A DNA stretch of 64,000 nt, taken from assembly GCA_964016885.1 (NCBI GenBank), contig OZ024747.1, positions 39,246,001 through 39,310,000 of the forward strand, in the 5' to 3' direction. The notes under the pieces were generated by a model. It was given only the letters and a program-made list of their open reading frames with translations. It was not told where the DNA came from and ran no database searches. This document shows positions 13,169 to 28,935 of this stretch, in pieces (within the stretch, counting starts at the first letter, position 1; every line of letters begins with the position of its first letter). The stretch is from Eledone cirrhosa. Taxonomy: Eukaryota. The translations under genes were made by a program, and so were the position numbers.

Positions 13169-16100
13169 CTAGCGACGACAGATCCCATGCCTCATTTCCC
13201 ATTTATTTGGAAGAAATGTTTGGCCGATTATTTATACATCCATTAACTGTTTCTTGAAAAAGGAAATACTTCTTGCTGGTCAGTATTTGAACGTATTTTC
13301 AACTAATATCTTTTAAACCGGTAGATAACTAAAGGAAATTGTGTTATACTCCTTTATAGTCAGAGTATTTTCTTTTTATATTTTTTTTTCTTTTGCCTTT
13401 CAGTCATTCCTTTAGTTTCCTCTAAATTATTTTGCGAATAGAGCTGAAATGCCTACAGACAATGTAAATAATGTTCCAATAAAACACAATTATTACACCC
13501 TAAATTGGCAGAATAAATGTTTAGTCAACGCATAGCACTACTAAGCATTTCGAATGTTTTAATATATTTCTCTTGCTAGTGACAACGTTACATGCAGCTA
13601 TTAGTTCCAAGACAACAGAAACTTTAGAATTTATCACTACTTCCCCCCACAGTATATAGAATTTGTGCAGTGCTAAAAAAAGAAAATATTATTTACGTTC
13701 TGGTGAGCCATCACAATTATTAAGATCTACGGGTGTTGATGTAGAAACTTATTTCAGTTTCTTTAAACAAGTTAGTACATCCTTTCTTATTGATCTAATC
13801 ATTTACACAAATTGAATAAGATTCTGGTTAATAAGATGTTATCTTAAACCCAATAGACTAGGATTGAAGGGATTCGTACATGCAGATATATTATACATTT
13901 AATACTGAAATATGTTTTGTTACAAGTTGCCTTCAGTGACAAATTAACAATCAGTATGGATATCATATTCAGTTCATATCTCATAGAAATCAGAGACTCC
14001 TGAATATATTTCTCGCGCTATAGGAACTTGCGTTTGGTAGAAATGATTTCATCAAACATCATCTGTTTTATCCAAAGTAATCAATGCAAATTTGCATTTT
14101 TATGAATTTTCATTTGTGACTTAGTTCAATATTATCATTTTAATCTTGCATGTTACAGGAATAAGCACATGTTCTCAGTTAAACAAAGACATTTTAAAGA
14201 ATAGTATTTGTCGTTAAATAATGCAGCAGTTTGTTTCTTTAATAAATGAAGAGTCAACTTCTAGATTAAAAGAACAACAGTTAGGGAAATTGAACAAAAA
14301 TATTGAATACAATTAAAAAAAACTATATTCATTACATGATCACAACTGATACGTTGTAATAAGTTAGCTTTTGATCAAAACCTGCATGGAGCGAAAAGAT
14401 TACTCCCAGAGATAATACTAGATAAAATATTTTAATTCGAAATGTCATACAATCAAGGTTCTTCTTTTTTATTTGTCATAGAAATTAGCCTTTAGTACTC
14501 TAATGAATTGTGCATACTTATAGTATGGGTTCGATGAACACATCTTTAACATGCATGATTTGTAGAAAGAAAAAATGTTCCTTCGATAAAGGTTAGCTGT
14601 ATACTGGGGCTAAAAATATCGCTTTTATTTATTAAAAGGATGTGGATAATCTGCAAATTGAATATATATTTGTAGTGTACTGACTGATTAATATAGTGGG
14701 TCTTTTGTTTCAGAAATCACATGATTTGGCTAAAATAGAGTTATTTGAAAAAATCATGTGAACATGTATCAACTTAATCCCTATTACATGTAGATAGCAA
14801 AGTTAGAATTATCAATGAGGCAATGTAATAGACTGTCGAATGAGTATGTGAGTATGTGAATGTGTGTATCAGGCTAGCGCTAAATATCTAATATCAAATT
14901 TCAGATGCTCACAAAAAGAATGAGAACTATATCTTAAATGTATTTTAGAATATGATGTATAATTCATTTCATTTATCTCATATTTTAACTTGTATAAGCA
15001 TATTTAAATGAAAATGAAAGCTTACCAATACATATACGCCTATTTGAGAAGAAATATGTTGCAGTTTATACAAGCTGCATACATTCCTCACAAATGAAAA
15101 TTCTGAAATTTCACTTTTTTTCAATCTCATCATGTAACTTGCAGAATTTGTTTTCGTAATTTTATTGTTCATATTATTTCATAATTCAATGGATACTTAT
15201 GCAAAAGTTTTGATTTTTCTTTTCTTTCATTCATTTGAAAGAGAATATGTAGATATTGAAACACATTAAAAGGAAATTCACAGAAATATAAAAGCAATAA
15301 TTTCATTTCGAGTCTTTTCGATATGTCAATTCTTTTATTGAATTCTATCGTTTCTCATAAAGAAATAGCGGAATGTTTAACACCTGCATAGTATTCTTTT
15401 ATTTCTTTTATAACTATTCTTATTCTTGAGAGAATCAGCTTTAAAATATGAACGTATTTTATTGCATTTATAAATATGAAAGATTTCCTGTAATAATAAA
15501 TACATGATTATATTTACCATGTGATAATTTTATTTTAGATAGCTTTGTTGTTATGCTATATCAAAGGAAATATGGAACGTTATATAAAAACCATTGTTAC
15601 ACGTGTGCTCCACCTAAGAAAACTAAAACGTAATGAAAACTCTCTTTAATATTTCTCAAATAGATTTCACTCTAATATATATGGAAATAAGTTGAAATAT
15701 TTTCGAAGGAATTGTGTTGCACAATTGTAATTGAATTAGTGTTACCGTGAATATCGGCTTTTATACTCTAAACTTTATGATTGATAATTATGTTACAATA
15801 TAGTTTCCATATGACATAAATTTGGAAATGTATGTTTTTAAGGAGAGATATTTAACGTATACACGCAGATTGGCTTATCAGATACAACTATTTTGTTTTA
15901 GTTTACGTTATTGATTTAATTACAAATAAGCTAAATGCGTAATATTTTCTTGAACATTTTTATTGGCATTTCGGAAATATCTCCAATTATTTGACTCTTA
16001 CAGGATTCTTCATTTCTTACATAGTAATTTGCTGAAGTACTTGCATTGGAATTTACCGCCTAAACGAATTGATGTGGTATAGAGGAAAATGAAATTTTCG

Positions 16101-18922
16101 ATGCCTGCTAAATAATATACCTTGGAAATCATGATATAGATATACTTCATGAGACACATTTTATTCTATTTATAGACTGAGATATTTTCTTATTGTGATC
16201 AGAAACAAGGAGAAATTACGACGTTTGTGATATTTGAAAGAGAAGGTTTAAATATAATTTAATAGCAGAGATAGAATTCCATTAGTAAAACGTTATCAAG
16301 AAGATATTTGCTCTTTTCTATATTCAAACTATATCTACCAATTGCTCCAAGCCGAAACCTTCTGTGTGTAAAATATTTATCTATTAACAAAATCCTACAA
16401 TAATCTGTCTCTCTCACTGGCAAACAGCGATAAGATTTTCCGCGTGTGCATGATAATATCTTTTGCGCAATTATTTCTTAATTCCTTGATATTAACTTTA
16501 ATTTTCTTTAAGCGCCACCAATTAATGCTGCTGTTATTTTCTATCCTCAATTAAAATTGACATTTTGCTAACAAGCGGTTATCTCGTCTCTGTGATATTT
16601 AGTACAACCTTTAAACAGGTGATTCTTTAGCTTCGGATACACATGAATCATAAACCGACAATAGATTTTCAAGTAAATTCCAATTTTTATATTTGTTATC
16701 TTTTCATCATTTAGTCAATGTTGATGTGTGTCTCTCAGTACCTTAACCGTGCCTCTAATACTGTTGTGGAGAAATGGAAAGGGAAATAATATACACTACT
16801 GTAACTCTCTTCAGACTTTGGATCTGGTTTGAATGATTGCAGGAATCTAGCCTTGTTCAAAGGCGTCAAACGAGCTTAAATTTACCCAATCGATGGATTA
16901 TGTATAGAAATTAAAAGATTCTCGAGATAAATGTTTAGTGATATACTTACAGCAAGCTTTCATTGGCTAGTATCTGATTTTTGTTTGATATGTACATAGC
17001 TCAGAAAAGGGAAAATATCATGAGTCAGCGTTACTTTGACTTATATGCTGGTACGCATACGACTCGTTAAAAGACATTTGTTTTCTCTTATTTTATATAA
17101 CACAAGTAAGAAATAAGAAACTCAGCTTTGTATATTGTTACGAATTCATCATTTCTTACAATAGATAGCACGAGCGAAGTGAATATTTTGTGTAAGAGCG
17201 ATATATATTTATACTCTGAAAGGTTCTCAAATACACTGATCAGTGTAATATCAAGCATGGAAGTATTTAATTCACTCGAGGAGGAAGTGTATAGGAAAAT
17301 GAAGTTGAACAATAGAAGTAACACCGTTAATAAGTGATTCATTAATTAAGAATTATAAATTGAATTCAAGTCACTGAACCACCGCAAATGTAATACATTG
17401 TTTTGGCACATAAACTGCATTTTATAATTACACGTTCATGAATCTTCCGGTACATATAACCAATAAATGTTATTAAACATATACATTGTATGTCCATATC
17501 AGCGTTATAGGTTCTGAATCTAAAAGACATCTTGTATTGATAGGTTGTTATAATTATTCTGCTTCTCCTTGAGTCAACCTGTGATCGAAGGTAAAGCAAG
17601 CACAAACTCTAGTTCCACACTTCCCGATATCTCATCGTAGTAAGATCGTGTCCAGGGTGTCCAGTCTCACTCACCAAGAGGGTCGTAATTGTTGTTTGGA
17701 CGTCCTATTCGGTGTTCTGCATACGTTGACCAGAGAAGCAGTTTCCCTGCATGTCCATCATGGCTGGAAACATATATTTCACGCCAATTTCTGGTCGATA
17801 TTTTCGTTCTATATGAATTAGATCGGGGTTGGTTATATAGACAAAAACCCAGCGACTTAAAATATTACAAAAGATAGACCGCTGCAAAGACACCTTTTAC
17901 ATTTTGGTGAGACCTACACTTTATAACATAAGAAGTTATAAGTGCAACTCTGTGGAGGATAAGAGCTGTAACGTTAATGATAATCGTGATATTTTCCAAT
18001 GATAATTATTGCATTGTAAACGCAGCGAGAACCCACCTTACTATATATGTTACATGAACAGATGCAATAAATCAGTAGCCTGACCAACAGATGTACATCT
18101 TTTTTACGTGTTTCCAGTAGGGGTTTAGGTGAAAAGTGAAAACAGATTTGAGTCTATGTGTTTCCTCGAAATATCAGCATTTACCAATGTACAAAAGACC
18201 AACAGAGAAACAAAATTAGTATTTTAATATTATGGAGCTGATGCAGCTGACATAATTTAGATACCAGAATTTATCTTAGCCGCATCCTTTCGCGGAGCTA
18301 TGAGGTGGCTCCGTCAGAACTACGCCATATCAGTGTTTTGCTCCAATTTTGATTAGGAGTTTGCTAATTATATTTAGTGATTCTGATGATTTCGTGGGGG
18401 GAAAGGCTGCACTTTATAGGGTACTTTATTTAGATTTACTAACAGAGCAGTTTCCATATCTAGCTAAATTCATCGCTATAACTTAGAAATTTCCAACAAT
18501 TTGAATTAAATATATGTAATGCAATTTCGTGTTATTAGAAGTGTAGTATTTCACAGTACATATGTCTGTAGTTATTCTATAGTTACATCTAATAAATTTT
18601 CTAAACAAGTATTGTGTCTAATCTTTAATTAAAACTCAATGATTATGTTGATGGACGTCTTCTATTAAATGGTAATTCCTATAGCGGAAAAAGAAGAGAC
18701 AATCCTCAAATACTACATAAGAGGACCTTTTTCTAAATAATCTCCCCAATGTATTATTCTCACTTCACAAACTACAGCCCCGTATCTACACTTCTCCTAT
18801 GCTTATGCATTGTCCTATTGACCAAATTCTACAAGTGGCAACCATTTAAGAAACCTGCGTTTCTTTCTCCGTCTCTCTGTCTGTGTGACTGTCTGTCTGC
18901 CTCTCGCTCTCTCTCTCTCTCC

Positions 18923-18980
<58 letters not shown>

Positions 18981-19733
18981 ATATATATATATATAAAACT
19001 CTCTCCCTCATTGTCTTCATCTATCTGTTGTCATTCTGTGTGTGTGTGTGTGTGTGAGTGTGTTTGTGTGTTTGTGTGCGTGCGTGCGTGTGCATGTGTA
19101 GGTGTGTGTGTATACACCTATACCCGTGCATACGCATACATACATATTGTCTACATATAGAAATTGATCTCCAGAAACAGTACATAGTTTTAGAATACAT
19201 GGCTAAGTATCATTAAAATTCTTAACGTGTGAATTTAACTGCTGGCGTAGTTACTTGGATAAATATGAATTCACACAAGGGTTCGCAATGTCAAAGAATG
19301 TAGAAGGTTAACAGTAGACATCATTCATAATAGCAATTAACTGAAATAACATTTATGGCAATAACGTAAAGTGTACAATAACTAAGAAATAATTATATTT
19401 CTAAATAATACATGCATGTATTTTTCTTTTTGTTTTAAGTATACAGTAGTGTATGAGTGTTACAATGTCTATGTGAACAAAGCAACTTGCACAACCGCAA
19501 ACCTTCTTCATGCATGTTAACATGATTCATCGTTTCGTCTTTCATTATAAGAATGTTTAATAAAATTGAAATCGAACTATATTTGGAGTATTAATATCGT
19601 ATAGCATATATCTATTAATTACATATTAGGAATCTCATTAACATAAATATATTTCTCATCACGAAATATTAAATGCAACTTTAAAAATCTACATGCATTT
19701 AATTCTTAACCGATATATATATATATATATATA

Positions 19734-19785
19734 CAGAATTAGCCGTCGAAACGGCTTGAGCTCAGCCGTCGGGGTCTTACTTACT

Positions 19786-19790
<5 letters not shown>
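19734..19790 (+). mobile_element. 57-bp fragment of family C pLTR (3' half of the HHR) inside (TA)n
   Basis: cagaattagccgtcgaaacggcttgagctcagccgtcggggtcttac matches 55732-55778, with TA repeats on both sides. Confidence 0.85.
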
Positions 19791-19870
<80 letters not shown>

Positions 19871-20007
19871 GAAATCAATTTATTGTGTGTAACAATTGTT
19901 TCCCCGACGAACAGCTCGAGGTGCGATCCGTGTGTGGATCGACCTGACTCTAGACTCGCAGCTTCCACGGACACGTCTATTGATTTCGGAGCATATCCTC
20001 TTTCTGG

Positions 20008-20330
20008 GTTCACATGACCTCCACCGACCAATCAAAATTGTTTTGACCACAAGAATTTTTGCAACACGAATTGGCGCGAAACTTATTTTAATACATCTGG
20101 AGCCACTTTTTTCACATAAAACAGGTAGAATTTCCAAAACTAATCAGATAAGAGCAAACATCACGGGCGCTCTATTTCAAAATTATTTTTGAAAAGCATT
20201 AGAAATGTGCAACCGGTAAAAACTTAAAACCAAAACTGAATACTAACCAATACTTATTACTAATTTTTACTTATTCCTAATTAAACTATTTTTCACTGGG
20301 AACAATTTGTCAGCATTTTCTTTTCCTATA
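20008..20330 (+). mobile_element. Solo family E pLTR fragment with variant HHR-like motif (20183-20223)
   Basis: Homologous to 52736-53045 and ends in (TA)n. Confidence 0.8.
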
Positions 20331-20554
20331 TATATATGCAAATTATATATATGCACATTATACACATGCAAAGCAGCTACACTCACCACACACATCTACA
20401 CATAGAACATACATCTAAAATGGAATCGTTAGAAAATGGCCTTATACATTTGAGTATAGACATATTCATCTTCATCTTCCTCGTTCTCCTTCTGTATCTC
20501 TCTTTCTGCCCCCCTCCCACTCAATATATATAAACAGAGAGAGAAAGATTAAGG

Positions 20555-20611
20555 GAGAGTGTGAGAGAGAGAGAGGGGCAGAGAGAGAGAGAAAGAGAGA
20601 GAGAGATAGAT

Positions 20612-20685
<74 letters not shown>
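20555..20685. repeat. (GA)n microsatellite (another at 21023-21115)
   Basis: Direct reading. Confidence 0.95.
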
Positions 20686-20687
<2 letters not shown>

Positions 20688-21042
20688 GTAGCTTCGGACT
20701 GAACGGTAATGTATAATTTGTTGAGAATCAGTTTCGATCTGCGTTGCTTCTCCACGTTTCGCATTCCACAATTAAAAGAATATTCCAGTACTAGAGTCTT
20801 TCTCTCCTTTCTTCCGTTATATTTAAACGTAATACATAGATTGATCATATACAGGTGTGGCCTGAGGAATGCGTGGAGCAAACATTTTTCTGTGTAATAT
20901 TCAGGCGGGGAATTTCACGAACAGCTCATCATACAAATGAATGTTCAAAGTCAACATAAATAAAAATGACCATATATTTTATATATATATACATGCGTGT
21001 GTGTGCGAGCGTATGTCTGTTTCAGAGAGAAAGAGAGAGAGA

Positions 21043-21119
<77 letters not shown>

Positions 21120-24100
21120 AAAAGAAAAGGAATGTCGTATTTAATTTCAATGTTTGTCACAGTCTCCGCAGATTCTATACGCTGGTGACTTGACCGCTTG
21201 TAGGAAATTAGTCTTCAGTTGATAAAGTAAATAATCAATATTCTAGGAACGTAGAGAGACAGTCTGTCTCAATACCTCAGACAATTAATCCGTTTTCATG
21301 TATAAAATATACGGATGTGTATTGAGAACGAAATATCCATGCAAATGTATATAGCAATAAATTCGTATGTAAATACCGTTGTTTTCTTTAAGTCCTTTAA
21401 CATACTGATTTCCATATCTTGCTTTCGTAATTCCTGATCATGCTATTTTTATTTCCTCTTCTTTAAACTATCGTTATTATTATTTCTTGAACATTAGCCA
21501 AACGTGGTTTATGTTTGGATATGTGAGCGTAATGTTGTCCATAGATTTACACTCCTTACAAGTTCTTTTATGATCTTTATTTATTTCTGAATTTTATAAA
21601 TACGTCTTCGCAACATTTTGCGATGTTAATGTTTTATTTCTAAATTCCCTACTCGTTGTAAAACCTCCGTTTTTCGGGTCATTGTTCCTCTTTGACCCTG
21701 TGTAGGATGTTTAACACATATCCAATTATACGGAATAGTAATGGTAATAAAATATATAATAAACAATATTTAGAAATTCTTAAAATATTAAGTCTCGCTG
21801 CTGATTAAATCGGAAAAGAGTGACTATAGGCTGAAAGATGAAACGTCACTACTGGCGCCATATCTCGTTCTATTTACCTTCTCTGTATCATTACAATATC
21901 CTGCTTCCATAGATTTTTCTCACGCTTTTCTTTTCTCATAATTTATTTACGCTTTTGGAAGGTTATTCTTATCTTTTCGCCAGACAGCTTTTAGTTCAAT
22001 TGGACTGTAGAAAGGGGGGTGCCCCTATAGATTGGTCGTAGAAGACTGTGAGATCGACGTGGTTAACAACAAATAGAAAGCAACACACATATAACTATTT
22101 ATCTGTATCTGTGTGTGTGTGCGTATAGTGAAAAAAATATTTATCTGAAATATATTTTGAAAGTAGACAGGTCTACAAGATTAAAACTTCGGATAATCCT
22201 TATAAGCCAGTAGCCTGCATTATTGTAGTATAGAGGACTGATCCCTACTTTGATGATGGGGATATTGATTCCCGTCCACCTTAGCATCATCATCCTGTTC
22301 ATCACCATGCTAAACTTGATGATGAAGATACGCGTCATGATAATCTTTATGTACATAATTATGATGATGGTGATGAAGATGATGCGTTTTTGTTTTTGTA
22401 GGCTGCGTGACGCGATTCAGATTGGCTTAGACAATATACCTGTACCTTTCTGAGTGAAATAAAATACAGTTTTACTGTAGTAAAAACTGAGCCCGAGAAT
22501 CTGAATGCAATAGCTGTTTTCCACTTAACCAGAAATGTAAGATAGTAGTAAAAAGATGCAAAGATTTAGGTATATATGTATTTTATGTTCGAATTCATTT
22601 TATTTAAATAAAGTTTAACCTTTAAGAAGTAAAATATTTATTTAATCCGCCATTTTCTTTCTCCTTTAAATATGCAGCTTTTCTCAAACATTGATCGCAA
22701 TGTTAGATACAAGCTCCATGTACACCTAATTGTACCATATCTGTATTTTAGAATATGGAAATTTAATAATAAATATATTAATAATTCAAGTATCATCTTT
22801 TGTTTTATATATATTAATTAGATTATACGACAGGCAGTGTATTCATAGAACGTTTAAATTGGAACCAGAATTCAGCTAATGATTTTTATGCACACAAATT
22901 TCCTACGTTAAGGTTTTTTTCGTCGTTAAGCATATTAGAGAATAAAATACGTTATATTTGAAATTATTATATTTTACAATATTCATTGCCTTCACATTAC
23001 ATTCTATCTCTTTATCATTTATTATAACCCAAAGAGAATCTAATTTGTTTATGTTAAAAGTGAATGACAATGAAAGTAATCATGGAACGTTTCTATAGAA
23101 AAATAATATAATTATCATTTTTCTAGTAATACATCAGGATTATAATCACGTCGCTAAAGAGAATCGTTAAAGCAGCTTTTCATTTTAGCCTAATAGAGAT
23201 AGGAAAGAGATAGAATCTGATGCCATTTTAGCAATGCCTAATGAAACGGTCAGTTCAAAGAAAGATCAATTTTTTCAACCCTGCAAAACGACTCTCATAT
23301 TCAGTTGGTTTACAATACGTGGAAATAACAAATATCATGTATAATTGCATATGAATTAATAATTGGAAATAGTTCTAAAAATAGCAGGTATATAGAAAAC
23401 GTTCCCGTTGAAGGACATTGCTGTATTTGAATGGCCTGACAGGGTACCTCTATGTTAATAGGATACAGTTACGTCTTTATATAATTTCGTTTAGTATTTA
23501 AAGTAGTACTCTCAGAATATATTATTTAAATATGGAGATACAAACACTAAATAACATGTCAACTTACATGGCTGGAACAGATAAAAGAGTAAAAGAATAA
23601 AAGAGTACACAAGGTTCAAGAAATGAGCTTAGTTCTTATTTATTCAGACTATTTCCTAGGGCTACACAGCAACAACTATTAACAAACGACAAATATTGAT
23701 CATTCCTCATAAGTATTGGTAAATATATAATTCAATATAGATAGAAGGACAGGAATGCGGGAAAACGGAACTGTCGATTGACTCGACCACTCCATTACTA
23801 GTATATATTATTCGACTTTGGAAAGATTAAAGTAAAAAAAAAAATTATGGATTTAACATCAAAACTTAAATGCATTTTGTATATGCTCTGACGTCTATAC
23901 AAATCCACTCTTATAGAAATGATAAACACAGAATGAATTCAATCTCAATTTCTACCAATAATTAGGGTATATTCACGTACAGTGCCGTAGTTATTAAACG
24001 CATTCATATTATTGGATTAGTTGTTCTTTTCCAATACTTTAAGTCATTCATAAACATTTCTTTTTAAGTTATAAAGATTTTAAATTATTTCCTATACATT

Positions 24101-24844
24101 TCTGTAGATATATCATTATTTAGTTAATTTCAATCCTTTAGTGACAATGCATCGTGCAATGATTTTATGTTCTTGAAATTCTATGAATGTTTTCATCAGA
24201 TTTATTAATCTGAAAGTCTTCAGAATCATTACAGATAAGTTCTTTGACGTCAAATATTTTAATATTTTTCTTATCACAGAATAGTCTTTAGATCAAGGAC
24301 CTCTCTCACTAGAGTTTATGCAAATTAATATATTCATTAGATTAATATTTCTTTTGTTATATAAGCACATAGGTACCTACAGAAATGCAATCATACTGAC
24401 GTATTCATATGTACACATAGATATATAGTTATATGCATGCATGATGATTACTTCATCTTGTCAGATGATAGCTGCCTCATACATTCACAAACCGCATCTC
24501 TCGAATCCACCTGCTGATAAAACTCCTATATGACTGCTGAAACTAAGAGAGGTGGCGGTATTTCCTAGAAGCATATTAAAATCATGATTAACATTCCATA
24601 TAGACTTCATTTGAAACTGGTCCTCTCATAACCATGGACACATTTGATTAACCATGACACGGATACAACAATCTGTCAGTTAGAAACATTGAATCATAAT
24701 TGTGGAATATTGTATTCATTCAATAGAAACAATGTGATGGAAATGAAGTACATGAATCAGTGTACATGAAGAAAAATGAGTAGTTGCATCACAGTTTCAA
24801 GTGTCCGGAAATGAACTTCATCCTCTAAAAGTGTTTGCCATCAT

Positions 24845-24952
24845 AATTGTTTCTACTTTAGGCACAAGGCCAGCAAATAACCCAGTGCATTACTGGTACT
24901 TTATTTTATCAACCCCGTAAGGATGAAAGGCAAAGTCAACCTCGGCAGGATT
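24845..24952 (-). mobile_element. tRNA-derived SINE, truncated copy
   Basis: Matches 34929-35037, including the gccttt(c)atccttacgggg.....taaaataaagtacc central domain. Confidence 0.8.
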
Positions 24953-25344
24953 CATCATAATATGAGTATTTATATCACATATACATTCGCACGAAATATG
25001 AATGGAAATTATTATTGTAATGTTATGAGTGTGAATAGAAGATTAGAATCCTAATAGCTCTGTTAACCAATCTCTGTGATAAGGGAAGCAAAGCAGCTGA
25101 AATTGAGAATAAAGCCGTTATTGATTTCGCATATGAGGAATTTAGTATTATACGAGACATTTCCAAAAATTAGTGATTTATGATACTTCATGTTAGTAAA
25201 ATATAATTTAAAAAAATAATAATTTAATTGATGCATATACACTCTTAATCTGTCAAAATAAAATTTACGCCGCAAACGTTTATTAAATATAATCCATAAA
25301 CGAAATGTCCACTCTCATAGTATTTCTCCCCCCCCCCTCTCGCA

Positions 25345-25380
<36 letters not shown>

Positions 25381-25760
25381 CTCCCTCTCTCTCTCTCTCT
25401 CTCACACGCACACACAATCGCACGTCTCCAACACTCATAGATGGATGGTGAGTGATAATTATAGCTACATATATCTAAGTATACGTTATTATATACATGT
25501 GCGTGCGTATGCACGTGAGCACATATGCTTCGTGTACTTACGAGAGTACTTTCATATACATATGGGAGTATACATATAATCTTAATTTCTTGTAATGCAT
25601 CAAGTGGAAAAGGAAACATTTTCGGTCATAAGTTATCGATGCAAGACAAGGTTTTCTGATATTAAGGGCATAAAAACTGCTACAGCGAAAATGCCAGGTA
25701 TATGACAGAAGCTGTCAGTTAATGATTTATGTGCAGCCTAATTATTTCCAATAGCGGTAT

Positions 25761-26114
25761 TTACCCTCTCGTTTTTTTTTTAATGCTAATGTATATTATT
25801 TGATTAAATATCACCTTCATACGCTACAATTCTATCTCTACGTACATGCGGTGTTTCATACCCGTATATGATGTTTGTACCCAGCGTGAACATGTTTTAT
25901 CTTTGTAAAATTAGTTGTACTGTGCGCAATTAGTTGTCGTGTGTGGCCCTCATACAACACATATGTGACCCTCGGGGTCACATATGTGTTGTATGCCTGG
26001 TATATATATATAGAGTAATGTAAATGCTAAAGAGTTAACAGACAGCCCATCTGCGATCATCATATCCCAGGATGTGCTGTGGTTGACAGAGTAATGTAAA
26101 TGCTAAAGGGTTAA
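25761..26114. mobile_element. Possible TTAA-type (piggyBac-like) MITE remnant containing a 21-bp-arm hairpin
   Basis: Right end is tgctaaagggTTAA, with the terminal segment duplicated at 26012-26038. The left end (tttaccctct) is degenerate. Confidence 0.4.
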
Positions 26115-27794
26115 GCAAGAAACAATTAAAAACAAGAGATTAAGAAGTTTCACAATATATCTGACGTAGGTTTGGTCATTTCACTTCTGAAGAGGTATAG
26201 CCGTTGGTTTTCTACACTCAGTTCCGACAAGCCTGATGTCTTGAATGTGTAGTCGTTGGTGGGATATCTAGTGTTGTGCTTATAATGAAATAATTGAAAA
26301 TAACGCATACATTTAAAATATCCTTTCCCTTCGTGTTGAACACAAATTTAACATTCAAAATGAAACTTTAAAAAGCTATCTATAGCTTGAAGGAGTCGGT
26401 ACAAATTCAATAACTATGATTCATTATTGCAGCACCGCTTTTGTAAAAATAAAATAGGATTTATACAACATATCAAATAATTTGTTTTCGTTCTGTGCTG
26501 AAGATTCATGTGTATGTATAGACAAATATTAGATGCATGTTTAACGCCTCTTGTTTTTCCAATATATAGTGATATGTACACAATGCTGTGACTTGTAAAA
26601 TGTTACATATATTATATACATGTGTGTGTGCGTATGTGTGTGTGTCTGTGTGTATGTGTGTGTGCGTGTGTGTGTGTGTGTGCGTGTGTGTAATTGTGTA
26701 TGTGTATATGTGTCTATAACCCAAACTACCTACTAACACGTTCAAACAATTATGATTTATAATGCTGAGTCTACAGAACTCCAAACAAAAAACTTGTTCA
26801 TATATAAAGTTTGAAGTGGTTGAAGTATGAACTTATTTTTATCGTTGGCAACCATATTTCTGTACAATTGTGGTAATGTGATCTGAGGAATTTATTTTTT
26901 CTTTCATAGCTTTTATATGAAAGAATAATTGAAAATAAGGCATAAGTTTTAAATGTTCGTTGACTCTAGGCGTTGTCCTAACGTAAATAGATACGATTTT
27001 ACCTAAACAGAAATTTTCAACAAGTTACATACACACAGATTCCGCATACATACGCACACACACTAACACACACGCATACACACACAAGCACACATACATA
27101 TATAGATGTATATGTGTGTATAAGGCACACATATTTATAAATACACACACACAAACTTACACACACGCATACACACACAAGCACACACACATATATAGAT
27201 GTATGTGTGTGTGTATGTGTGTGTATAAGGGTATATATATATATATACGCACACATATTCATAAATACACGCACATACACACACACACACACGCACACAC
27301 GCATATATATGTGTGTGTATGAGTGTATAATCAGTCATAATACATTTGGTTGATGCTAAAATAGGATATCTAAAGGATACGATGTACTATATTGTTTCAG
27401 GAAATATTCCACACGTTCTATATTGACTAAACATGTTATTGAACTTTTATAAAATTATCTTTATATAGTGTTGCTAAAACCGCTCCTTTTATTCAAAGTG
27501 CATTTCTCTTTAGTTTCTTTCTGTGTTCCGCTATTTTGTTCACAACCCAAACATCGCGGGCCATAATATCGTTGCTCGCCCATCCTCAAGCATTACCTTA
27601 CAAGGCACATTCTCTGTATTTCTTCGTCTTGATATTTAAGATATAAAAGCTAATGGAGTTCCATATAGATTTTATCATAACGGCACTTGTATTTTTATTG
27701 TGCAAGTGTTTCACATCCACTTATATATATATATATATTACTATACAGATTAAAAGTTTAAGCAAACAAATATCATTACTAGTATATATATATA

Positions 27795-27940
<146 letters not shown>

Positions 27941-28747
27941 TGTGCAGGATTCTCATGCTACTGAATATAGATCATTTGTTTCAGTTTTAGTATAAGCATA
28001 ACTTAAACACTATTGCCTTATTCTGAAGATATTTATATTGTCTGAAAACACATTGGGCATTTAAATGTAAATAACGTGACAGGGAAAGTCGTGTTCAGAT
28101 GTATGGAAAAAATACCATCTGCTACTATAATACACATGATTTCTGTTCCCAGTTTTAATTATATCTTCAATATGTCCGAGATTCATACTTTACTTTTCCA
28201 ATATAATATAATAGAAATATGTGGTAACCATTGTATTTGTATTCAAGTAAATCCAATAACGATATTACATTGTAATATTTTCTCTCAATGCCCGGTGGTT
28301 ATTTATTTGTAAGTGCACGGTATATGTTTTTTTAGGCATCGTTACGTCATATATGTATATGTATATATGTTCATATATATATATCTGTGTTTAATCGTGT
28401 GTGTTATATATATGCTCACTATAAAAGCTTCACGGCACAGGCATTGCTTTATATCTGGAGATCTCTCTGCACTTGTCGTCACATGGTACCATGGGCCCAG
28501 CACTATGTGTCAATAATTGTCGCAAGTGTAGTGTTTGTACCAGAGTATTCAAGTCGCTGGCTGGACTAAAAAGTCACACTCGTTCAGCGCATCGGTAGGG
28601 GTTCTCCTACATGGATATAAAGTAGTGGCCATACTCGAAAGAAAACGAGTTGGCAGCCACCATGTATGTATAGTAATAATAATAAATTTGAAGGGCTCGA
28701 TAAGGATAAATATATATCAAATATATAAGAACCCTAGAGTAAATATT

Positions 28748-28935
28748 TATTAAATTAATAGATTGAAGTTTAAGCAAAGAATCGGTGCTTTTACCCTTAA
28801 CGGGATCTTCTGAAACTAAAAACAAATCAATCTGTGAACGCAGAAGTAAATATTTCGAAAAATGTTGCAACCGAAGGAAGGCAGGAAGACGATACTTTGG
28901 TTCGTGCAGACGTTGCCTGGCAAAGAACGGAAATA
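28748..28935 (-). mobile_element. Family G pLTR-like repeat with HHR-like motif at 28767-28817
   Basis: Homologous to 40415-40575 and 40890-40975. Minus strand: agttt CAGAAGA tccc gttaa gggt AAAA gca...tgc TT aaact. Confidence 0.65.

Noticed and set aside
21795-21855. ctgatta...gatGAAACGTC as a hammerhead
   Set aside because: Core mismatched, stems I and II weak, and no second copy.
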